A stretch of DNA of 64,000 nt, from contig JAVJSW010000060.1 of NCBI GenBank assembly GCA_040219255.1, forward strand, positions 128,001 to 192,000, given 5' to 3'. Origin of the DNA: Sumerlaeia bacterium (GTDB lineage Bacteria; Sumerlaeota; Sumerlaeia; SLMS01; JAHLLQ01). Within the stretch, counting starts at the first letter, position 1. Each line of letters starts with the position of its first letter. The position numbers were made by a program, and so were the translations under genes. The notes beneath the pieces are model-generated. The model was given only the letters and a program-made list of their open reading frames with translations, did no database searches and had not been told where the DNA came from. Positions 56,494-64,000 of the stretch are shown here, piece by piece.

Positions 56494-58917
56494 GGTGGGT
56501 GCCTCCGATGTGGGATCATCGCTCGCCGGGTCCGAATCCGTGCGATTCGATGACGAGGTATGGGGTTGAACCGCCGAAGCGGGTTTTTGATTCCGGGACT
56601 TTCGCGTTTCCCCTCCCTTAGCCTGCGCCGGGGGGGAGATCTTCTGCTCCCCCAGGCCCCAGGCCCCCACGAGTTCCACGACGTCCGAGCGGATCAGGGT
56701 CCGCAGGTCCGGCGCTTCGTAGGACTTGTCCAGCTCCCCGGGGGGAGTCGGATTCGGTGTTCGCGGCGGGCGGTCGCCAAAGGCGCCCTTGCGAATCGAT
56801 TCCACAGCCCGGCCACGGCCGTAAATCACACGGACGCCGCTGGAAAGCGTTTCGCCGCTTTCCGGCACGGGCACGGTCTGAGCGCTCGCTTTGAAAGACG
56901 CTGGGTCTTTCCCCGCGGCGGGTGGGCTCATCACTTCGGCGCGAGGCACGGCGGCCGCCGCGATCTCAGGCGCCAAGGGCTCGACGTCGCGCTCGATGGC
57001 CGCTGGGTCGACGGGTTCGTGCGCCAGCGAACGAAGCCAAGGCGAATCGGCCTCCAACTCTGCGCCTTCGGACTCTTCGTCCTCTGTTCCGCCTTCGTCC
57101 TCGGGACGGCGACCGCGGCGCCGACGGCCACCACGCCGCCCACGGCGTGTGCGGCGCTTCTTGCCCTCTTCATCTTCTTCGTCGTCCGATTCCGGATCCA
57201 GAGTCCGCTCCAGCGACGAGTCTTCCAGTTCTTCTTCGAGGACCGCTTCCACGGCCACAAGGGTCCGCACGTCGGACGGCAGGTCCTCGTAGGCGATCGG
57301 CGGAGCCACGGCCTCGTCTTCCTCGATGCGCTCGCGCGGTGTGCGGGGCGCCTTGCGGCGCGGCTTTTCCACCGGCGTGATGGTGAAGTCCTCGCGATGG
57401 AAATCCGAGTCGGCGCGGAACAGCAGTTCCAGATCGTGAAGAGATTCGAGCGCGGCGATGCTTTCCGCCAGGTCTTCCTGCAGCGTTTCCAGCAAAGTCG
57501 GTTCGCACGTCACGACGAAGCCGCTGAAGGCGCTCTTCGAGACGCCGACCTGGCGTTCGATTTCCGAACGCATGCGGCGCCACACTTCCCGGGGACGCAG
57601 CACAAGACCGGTGCCGTTGGTGTACGGATCGGGTTCGAAGACCTGCTTGAGGAGCGATTTGCGGATGCGCTTGCGGGTCATGATGAGGAGGCCGAAATCG
57701 CCGACGCGGCCCACGCTGCTCTTGGCGCGGTCCGGCTTCATGGCCTGGCGCAGTTCGTCATACACGCGGGTTTGGTTGTCGCGCGATTGCATGTCGATGA
57801 AATCGACGACGATGATGCCGCCGATGTCGCGCAGGCGAATCTGCTCCGCGATGGTCTGACAGGCTTCCAGGTTCGTCTTGAAAGAGGTGCTTTCCTGATT
57901 CTTGTTGCCGGTGAATTTGCCGGTGTTGACGTCGATAGCGGTCAGGGCCTCGGTTTCGTCGATGACGATGGAGCCACCGGACTTGAGCGGCACGGTGCGT
58001 TGGAAAGCCGACTTGAGCTGATCTTCCAGGCGATACTTGTCGAAGATGGGCTCGTGGCCGTGATAGAGCTTCACGCGCTCCACCAGGTCCGGCAGATCCT
58101 GGTCCAGGGCCGCTTCGAGCTCCTGCTTCAGTTCCACGTCATCGACGATGATTTCGTCGACCGATTGGCTGAAGGCGTCGCGCACGAGGCGGGGGATGAT
58201 GTCGTGATCGCTGTAGACGAGGCCGGGTTTCTTGCGGGCGCGGAAGCGTTCGCAGAGAGTTTGCCATTGCTCGCGCAGATTCTCCACGTCCGAACGGACC
58301 GAGTCTTCATCGGCGTTGGCGCCCGCGGTGCGAACGATGAAGGAGTCCATGTCGCTGCGCAGTTCATCGAGGAGCTTGCGGAGTTTGTCGCGATTGCGGC
58401 CCTGGGCGATGCGCTTGGACACGCCGCCGGACTGGCCGGGGAAGGGCAGCAGGACCACGAAGCGGCCAGCGATCGCCAGGTTCGTCGAGGCGCGGGGGGC
58501 TTTGGTTCCGATGCCGTCCTTGATGACCTGCACGATGATGCTATCGCCAGCCCGGATGGGGGCTTCGGCATCGCGGGCGCGCAGATCGACTTTCGGCCGG
58601 CGCCCTTTGCGTTCGAGGCGGCCGGGAATGCTTTCGCCCGCCGCTTCGATCAGGGCTTCATCCAGGTCTTCCGAGTCCATCACCAGAGCTTCGGTGCGGA
58701 TGTCGAGGAAGTGGAGGAAGAGATTGCGTTCGATTCCGACGTCGATAAAGGCGGCCTGGAGACCCGGCTTCACGTCCTGAACGACGCCGCGATAGATGTT
58801 ACCGACGAGGGATTTTTGGGAGAAATCTTCCTGGTGGAGCTCGACGAGGCGGTTGTTTTCGAGAAACGCGACGCGGATGTCGAAATCGCCCCGGTTGATG
58901 ACAACTTGCTTACGCAT
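56125..58917 (-). CDS. rne: Ribonuclease E/G family protein with long disordered C-terminus and H1-like tail
   Basis: GNIYRG.V..V.PGLQAAFID, IVQVIKD..GTK, GGSIVIDETEALTAIDVNTG, LRDIGGIIVVDFIDM; RRTRRGRRGGRRRR RNA-binding segment. Confidence 0.92.
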   Translation of the reverse strand: MRKQVVINRGDFDIRVAFLENNRLVELHQEDFSQKSLVGNIYRGVVQDVKPGLQAAFIDVGIERNLFLHFLDIRTEALVMDSEDLDEALIEAAGESIPGRLERKGRRPKVDLRARDAEAPIRAGDSIIVQVIKDGIGTKAPRASTNLAIAGRFVVLLPFPGQSGGVSKRIAQGRNRDKLRKLLDELRSDMDSFIVRTAGANADEDSVRSDVENLREQWQTLCERFRARKKPGLVYSDHDIIPRLVRDAFSQSVDEIIVDDVELKQELEAALDQDLPDLVERVKLYHGHEPIFDKYRLEDQLKSAFQRTVPLKSGGSIVIDETEALTAIDVNTGKFTGNKNQESTSFKTNLEACQTIAEQIRLRDIGGIIVVDFIDMQSRDNQTRVYDELRQAMKPDRAKSSVGRVGDFGLLIMTRKRIRKSLLKQVFEPDPYTNGTGLVLRPREVWRRMRSEIERQVGVSKSAFSGFVVTCEPTLLETLQEDLAESIAALESLHDLELLFRADSDFHREDFTITPVEKPRRKAPRTPRERIEEDEAVAPPIAYEDLPSDVRTLVAVEAVLEEELEDSSLERTLDPESDDEEDEEGKKRRTRRGRRGGRRRRGRRPEDEGGTEDEESEGAELEADSPWLRSLAHEPVDPAAIERDVEPLAPEIAAAAVPRAEVMSPPAAGKDPASFKASAQTVPVPESGETLSSGVRVIYGRGRAVESIRKGAFGDRPPRTPNPTPPGELDKSYEAPDLRTLIRSDVVELVGAWGLGEQKISPPAQAKGGETRKSRNQKPASAVQPHTSSSNRTDSDPASDDPTSEAPTMAKKKSTTKPAAKKTATKKAAKKAVAPKEPVAAETPAEPKPAPKKAAAPKKAAAPKKAAAPKKAVAPKKAAAPKKAAAPKKAAAAKKASTPKAAAPKKAAAAKPAGAAKKSSAKKAAKKAKG
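56245..56370 (-). repeat. Seven tandem 18-nt coding repeats (APKKA[A/V])
   Basis: Direct reading of DNA and protein; synonymous variation between units. Confidence 0.9.
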
Positions 58918-59442
58918 AGAGGGGGGTGTCACTTCTGGTGGTGGGCCGTGGCGCGCGGGCGGAGGTCCACTCCGCATGGCGCGAAAGGCGGGAGGTCGCC
59001 GCCGGCCGAGGGAGGAACCCCTGCGAGGCTTGGCGCGATTGCCCATCCAACGGCTTGGAATGTGGCGGAACGGATTCAGCGGCGCCCGCAAGACCAGCGC
59101 GAATCTTCGCTGCTCGGTCTGGCTGCCGGATGAGGCCCGCTCCTGGAAAACGAAAACTCTCGGCGGAAACTCTCCGCCGGTCTTCCTGTGTCGCATCGTC
59201 GCTTTCGAAGCGCGTGCCGCAAGTCAAATGGTCTTCCGCAAGAAAAACTTTCATACCAATTGGCTCGCCTAACGATTCCCAAACGTCAAGAGACAATCGG
59301 TCTGAAATGAATTTTTTCCACAACTTCTCTCGCGAACAAAATCAACTCTCCCTCCGCACCTTCCCGCCATTGACGCCCAAAGCCCCCCTCTGCACCCTGC
59401 TGCCACCCCATTCCTCCCCACTCCCCAAGGACACTTTCCGCG

Positions 59443-59901
59443 ATGATCCACGGCGTCAAAACCCGCAAACTCACCCCCCACTGCGACGAACGCGGCCGCT
59501 TGATGGAAATGCTGCGCCGGGACGATCCGGAAATGGACGTCACCTTCGGCCAGGTCTACGTCACCACCGCCTATCCCGGCGTCGTCAAAGCCTGGCATTA
59601 CCACAAAATGCAGACCGATCACTTCGTCTGCCTCAAGGGCATGGCCAAGGTGGTCCTCTACGACGACCGTGCCGACTCGCCCACCAAAGGCGAGGTCAAC
59701 GAGTTCTTCCTCGGCGAGCACAACCCTCTCATCGTCGAAATCCCCAAATTCGTCTACCACGGCTTCAAGTGCATCGGTGAAGGCGAAGCGATGATCGTCA
59801 ACATCACGACGAACACCTACAACTACAAGAACCCGGACGAGTACCGCATCGATCCCCACAGCGGCCAGATCCCCTACGACTGGTCGCGCAAAGACAGCTG
59901 A
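59443..59901 (+). CDS. rfbC: dTDP-4-dehydrorhamnose 3,5-epimerase family protein
   Basis: DERG, PGVVKAWHYH..Q.D, DDR.DSPT, YHGF. Confidence 0.88.
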   Translation: MIHGVKTRKLTPHCDERGRLMEMLRRDDPEMDVTFGQVYVTTAYPGVVKAWHYHKMQTDHFVCLKGMAKVVLYDDRADSPTKGEVNEFFLGEHNPLIVEIPKFVYHGFKCIGEGEAMIVNITTNTYNYKNPDEYRIDPHSGQIPYDWSRKDS

Positions 59902-59976
59902 GACCGAAAGGGAGCCAGCCCTCGCAGGCCGGCCCCCCTCCAGGCGTGGCGTGGCCGAACGATCGCCGGTTCGGCC

Positions 59977-60414
59977 TCAGGCGCCCTCCCAAAGCTCCCG
60001 CACCTCTTTCGGCAGCATGGACTTCACGTCTTCTTGCAGGCCTTCGGAAAGATGGTCGTTGAGGAGGCGGAAAACGGCGCTCGAGGCGATTTCCGGATCG
60101 ATCTGGATGGCGTTGCGGTGGAGTTCCTCTCGCACCATCTCGAGGAAGCCTTCCTTGTCCCGCGTCGTCTTCGGCGTGTCCGTCGGCCTCCAGCCTTCGT
60201 AGTAGACGCCCCGCAGCAGGATCGGCAACTGGGCGCCGAGGTGCGCCGCTTCGTTGATCGTGATGCGATCGCGGACGCTGTGCAGCACGGCGCGGATGGC
60301 CTTGAAGGCCTCCTCTTCGTCCCGGAATCCGGTCCGGTTCGTCAGGTCTTTCAGCCAGATCTGCGTCTTGTGGATGGTTTCGTCCAGGGTCGTAACGGGA
60401 AGTGTGGTGGTCAT
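59977..60414 (-). CDS. DUF2267 family protein
   Basis: HKTQIWL, RAVLHSVRDR, HLGAQLP.LLRG.YYEGW, LP..VRELW; GGAGGAG RBS. Confidence 0.88.
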   Translation of the reverse strand: MTTTLPVTTLDETIHKTQIWLKDLTNRTGFRDEEEAFKAIRAVLHSVRDRITINEAAHLGAQLPILLRGVYYEGWRPTDTPKTTRDKEGFLEMVREELHRNAIQIDPEIASSAVFRLLNDHLSEGLQEDVKSMLPKEVRELWEGA

Positions 60415-60652
60415 GATCGGTGTTCTCCTCCATGTGGGAATTGGGCACGGGAGAGGGGGCGCAACCGCTGTTCCGGACGAGATCTCGGCCCATGTTGAAG
60501 GAGAAGACCGGCGAGCTTTTCTGATGAAAAGCTCACGTGCCCCGCGGGTCGTGCCAGAGTAATTGGAGCGGAGCGCGGAAAATGGGGAACGGAATTGGCA
60601 GTCTGGCCCTCGTTTCCGGCGATTCGGAGCAAGTCTGAAGAAAGGTTCCACC

Positions 60653-60778
60653 ATGCAAGAACTCGCGATATTCGCCATGGGCGTCTGGATTCTGGGATTC
60701 CTGATGGGGGTCTGGGCGGCGGACCGGCCACGCCCGGGCGCGAAGCGATGGTTGTCCTCTTTCCGGCAGCCTGACTAA
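60653..60778 (+). CDS. Possible 41-aa membrane peptide
   Basis: GAAAGG RBS-like sequence; MQELAIFAMGVWILGFLMGVWAA hydrophobic helix followed by a basic tail. Confidence 0.4.
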   Translation: MQELAIFAMGVWILGFLMGVWAADRPRPGAKRWLSSFRQPD

Positions 60779-60909
60779 AAGGGAACACCTTTCCCGGAGG
60801 ACGGCTGTCCCTTTTCATCCGGCCCGAACCGCAAAACGCTCGACACCCCGGCCCTCACTCGCTCCCAATGCGGGGACTTGTCAGAGTTCGACGGGGGTGC
60901 CCCAAGACC

Positions 60910-62616
60910 ATGCCGAAATTGCTCGTGGAGCAAGGCCCCCTGCTGGGCTTGGAGTTCAAACTCGACGGTCCCGGCCGCTACCTCGTCGGGCGCCATCCCG
61001 ACGCTGACATCGAGCTGCCGGACCATCACGCGTCGCGCTATCATGCCGAAGTGCGCTTCTCCCACGGCGGCGATTGCTGGACCGTTCACGACCTGAATTC
61101 GAGCAACGGCACATTCGTCAACGGCGAGCGGCTGACGGTGATGCGGACCCTGGTCAGCGGCGACCGCATCACGATCGGCGACACGATCCTGGCGTTCGAT
61201 CCGCACCGGGCCTCCGACGTGGAAATCGTGGCGGGCCGCGATTCCGGCGAAGTCGCCGTCGCCAAGGCCACCGTCGGTGACGAAGGAACGTTGCTGGGCT
61301 TCGATTTCGGCGCCGGCCATCTGTCCGCCCTGGAAACCCTCGATCCGCTGACCCAACTGAAAATCGTCTATCACTACGCCGACCTGATGCGCCAGGCCAC
61401 GACCCTCGGCCAAGTGCTCGACACGGTGCAGGACGCGGCGTTTCGGGTGCTCTGTCCAGACCGGGTGGCGGTGCTGCTCAAGACCGGCTGCGACGGGGCC
61501 CTCGAACCCGCCGCCTCCCGCAACGCGGTGCCGCGCAATGTCACTGGCCGCAGCCGCGCCTTGACCATCAACAACGCCATCATCGCGCTTTGTGTCGAGA
61601 AGCGCAAACCGGTCGTGGTGCGCGACGCCATTTCCGACGAGCGATTTTCCTCGTGCAACAGCATCCAGGCGGCGGACGTGGGCTCGGCGCTGAGCATGCC
61701 CCTCATTTCCGGCAACGAGGTAGTGGGCGTCGTCTATGTGGACACGATTCGCGGCGCGCGGCCGTTTTCCGAGCCGGTTATCGAACTGGCCGCGGCGATC
61801 GGAAACCAGGCGGCCCTGGCTATCGCCAACGCGCTTCATCATCAGAGCGAAATCGAGCGCCGCGAAGAGCGCATGCAGCTCGAGGTGGCGCGCCGCATCC
61901 ACGGCCGCCTGCTCGCCAACTCCACCTTCGAGAATCGCGAGGTCGAAGCTTTCGGCTACAATCGCCCCAGCAGCCACGTCGGCGGCGACTTTCACGGCAT
62001 TTTCAAGACGGAGAAGGGCCCCCTTCTGGCCATCGCCGACTCGACCGGCCATGGCGTCGGCGCCGCCCTCCTGATGAGTACCGTGCGCGCCTATCTGCTG
62101 GCGACGCTCGAGGCAAGCGACCTGAGCCTGAGCGAACTGCTGACGCGGCTTAACAAACTGCTCCTGCCCGACATGGACCGGGGCCTGTTCATTTCGTTCC
62201 TGGTGGCGCGCCTGCACCACGATCGCGAAGGCCAACTGGTCCTTCACTATAGCTGCGCCGGCCATGAACCACCGCTGCTCTACCGCCCCTCCACGGACGA
62301 ATTCATCACGCTGTCGGTCGGCGGCCTGGTCCTCGGCATGGCGGGGGATTTCCCCTACAAGGACGCCCCCCCTGTGGTCATGGAGCCGCGAGACACCCTC
62401 TGCTTCTTCACCGATGGCGTGGTCGAGCAGATGAATCCCGACGGCCGCGAATTTGGGCTCGAAGGCTTGCGGAGCGCGCTCAAGGCCGCCTCCCGCGAAC
62501 CCACCGTCAAAGCCGCCAGTGCCGCCATCCTGGCGCGGGTCGACGAGTGGCGCGGCACACAGACGCAGGGCGACGATTTGTCCCTCCTGCTTCTGCGCGT
62601 GCGCGATCGCGATTGA
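60910..62616 (+). CDS. FHA-GAF-SpoIIE (PP2C) protein phosphatase
   Basis: FHA: GR, SRYHA, DLNSSNGT; GAF: DAISDERF; PP2C: GGDF, IADSTGHG, AGH.PP, TDG, DD. Confidence 0.92.
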   Translation: MPKLLVEQGPLLGLEFKLDGPGRYLVGRHPDADIELPDHHASRYHAEVRFSHGGDCWTVHDLNSSNGTFVNGERLTVMRTLVSGDRITIGDTILAFDPHRASDVEIVAGRDSGEVAVAKATVGDEGTLLGFDFGAGHLSALETLDPLTQLKIVYHYADLMRQATTLGQVLDTVQDAAFRVLCPDRVAVLLKTGCDGALEPAASRNAVPRNVTGRSRALTINNAIIALCVEKRKPVVVRDAISDERFSSCNSIQAADVGSALSMPLISGNEVVGVVYVDTIRGARPFSEPVIELAAAIGNQAALAIANALHHQSEIERREERMQLEVARRIHGRLLANSTFENREVEAFGYNRPSSHVGGDFHGIFKTEKGPLLAIADSTGHGVGAALLMSTVRAYLLATLEASDLSLSELLTRLNKLLLPDMDRGLFISFLVARLHHDREGQLVLHYSCAGHEPPLLYRPSTDEFITLSVGGLVLGMAGDFPYKDAPPVVMEPRDTLCFFTDGVVEQMNPDGREFGLEGLRSALKAASREPTVKAASAAILARVDEWRGTQTQGDDLSLLLLRVRDRD

Positions 62617-62755
62617 TCGCGCCCGGGGAACAAATCCTCCCGGGCGATCGTCTCAGATTCCGCCGCATCGATCCATTCGACCTGTTTCTTGCGTCACAAT
62701 ACCAATGGGGCCTCAAGAGCCCGATGCCTTACCGATTTCACAGGACAATGCACCC

Positions 62756-63676
62756 ATGCCACGCTTCATCGCCCATTTCCTTCCCACCCTTGCAATTTTC
62801 TGCGCGGTGCTGACGACCGGCTGCGCGACATTTCGTACCGGCGAACGCGCCGTCGCCAACACGCTCATCCCGCCCGCGCAGGAGGCCCAGCTCGGCCAGG
62901 AGTACGCCAAGCAGATCGAGCAGGAAGTCCAGATTGTGGACGACCCTCTGGCCAACGAATGGGTGCGCGAGATGGGCAATAGAATCCTGGAGCACTCGCC
63001 CTCCGTGGACCAGGAATTCACCTTCCAGGTGACCGCCGACAAAGCGGTCAACGCGTTCGCCATTCCGGGGGGCTTCTGTTACGTCAACCTGGGGCTGATC
63101 CTGTACGCGGAGAACGAGGCCCAGGTCGCCGCGGTGATGGCCCATGAGATCAGCCACGTTACCATGGATCACGGCATCCGCAGCCTGACGCGTCAGGTCG
63201 GTCTGTCGAAAGCGGCCGAGGTTCTGGGCGAACAAGGCACCGCGGGCCAGATCGCGGCGCTGGCCCTGCAGGGCGGCGGCGTCGTGGCCGTCCGCCAGTT
63301 CAGCCAGCGCGACGAACTGGAAGCCGACGCCGTCGGCGTGGAAGCGATGTACGAAGCGGGCTATCATCCGCGGGAGGCGGTTGAGTTCTTCAAGCGCCTC
63401 CACGAACTGGGCAGTGGCGAGCCCTCGACCATCGAGCAGCTCATTTCGACCCACCCCACGACGCCTGATCGCATCCAGGCCCTGGAAAATCAGATCGCCA
63501 ATTACAACCTGTCGCGGTCGGACCTGACCGTCAACAGCCCTCAATTCCAGAAGGTCCAGGAGCGGCTCCGGAGCGAGTATGGCGGCTTACAGAGTGCCTG
63601 GGCACCCGGCGAGGGGAGCGAATTTCTGGCCTCCTTGAACGACTGTCCATTCTGCGCGGCCCACGCTGGGTTCTAA
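62756..63676 (+). CDS. M48 family zinc metalloprotease lipoprotein
   Basis: Lipobox TTG|C; VNAFAIPGG, HEISH, ELEAD, STHP...RI. Confidence 0.92.
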   Translation: MPRFIAHFLPTLAIFCAVLTTGCATFRTGERAVANTLIPPAQEAQLGQEYAKQIEQEVQIVDDPLANEWVREMGNRILEHSPSVDQEFTFQVTADKAVNAFAIPGGFCYVNLGLILYAENEAQVAAVMAHEISHVTMDHGIRSLTRQVGLSKAAEVLGEQGTAGQIAALALQGGGVVAVRQFSQRDELEADAVGVEAMYEAGYHPREAVEFFKRLHELGSGEPSTIEQLISTHPTTPDRIQALENQIANYNLSRSDLTVNSPQFQKVQERLRSEYGGLQSAWAPGEGSEFLASLNDCPFCAAHAGF

Positions 63677-63730
63677 CGAGAGCCCGCGGCGGCGGCCGGG
63701 CGGCAGAGAATCCTTGCGCCTTGGCCGGGT

Positions 63731-63746
63731 TGGCACTTGAAGTGCT
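63731..63746 (+). promoter_or_regulatory. Candidate sigma54 (-24/-12) promoter
   Basis: TGGCAC-TTGAA-GTGCT (GG-N10-GC), about 117 nt upstream of the next ATG. Confidence 0.5.
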
Positions 63747-63862
63747 TCCCTCTAAGCCCCCGGGCCGGTTCCGGGAGGTGGCGGGGCATTGCCTGCCCGC
63801 CATCGCGAACCGGCGGATGCGGGCTGAGAAAAAGCCAACCCCAACGAAGACGGACCTAACCC

Positions 63863-64000
63863 ATGAGTGCGGTCATCGAAATCGAAGGCCTGACAAAAGT
63901 TTACGTTCAGGATTTTCTCGGTCTAGAGCACGGGCGCGTAAAAATGCGGTTTCGCAACCGCAAGCGTGTCGCTTTGGACCACCTCGATCTGAAGATTGAG
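63863..64000 (+). CDS. ABC transporter ATP-binding protein (5' part only)
   Basis: Hand translation MSAVIEIEGLTKVY...KRVALDHLDLKIE, typical sequence preceding Walker A. Confidence 0.75.
   Translation, partial: MSAVIEIEGLTKVYVQDFLGLEHGRVKMRFRNRKRVALDHLDLKIE

Overview
A 64 kb, GC-rich, gene-dense bacterial chromosomal segment with about 50 CDSs. I could see no rRNA, tRNA, CRISPR array, prophage or transposase. Core genes: purB, cmk, cysS, purine nucleoside phosphorylase, rtcB, mqnC, recX, thiE, rsgA, lysA, RNase E/G, rfbC, crcB, and a YdeP/FdhF-FdhD-MobA molybdoenzyme cluster. Envelope and secretion genes: a GldAFG-like ABC transporter, GspG, a second N-methyl pseudopilin, two AsmA-like proteins, DUF368, GT2/GT4-like/GT87 glycosyltransferases and three large secreted proteins. 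Signalling genes: a sigma54 activator, a REC-Ser/Thr kinase, an FHA-GAF-PP2C phosphatase and a degenerate REC-GGDEF protein. The pseudopilin motifs and the C-terminal 'S..W/F..Y' tails suggest Candidatus Sumerlaeota (BRC1) or a relative; this is inference, not searched. Most notable observations: (1) an RNase E lacking the Zn-link cysteines, fused in frame to a histone-H1-like module with its own ribosome-binding site; (2) an AT-richer gene for a putative EVE/PUA-like reader plus PD-(D/E)XK nuclease, bracketed by inverted copies of a dispersed ~9-nt-period repeat family; (3) a ~1059-codon FG-GAP surface-protein frame interrupted by a single in-frame TAG followed by a small hairpin; (4) a short aromatic C-terminal motif shared by unrelated secreted proteins, a candidate sorting signal; (5) GTAG-type REP doublets. 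All family assignments come from motif recognition by eye, and start codons were re-chosen manually.
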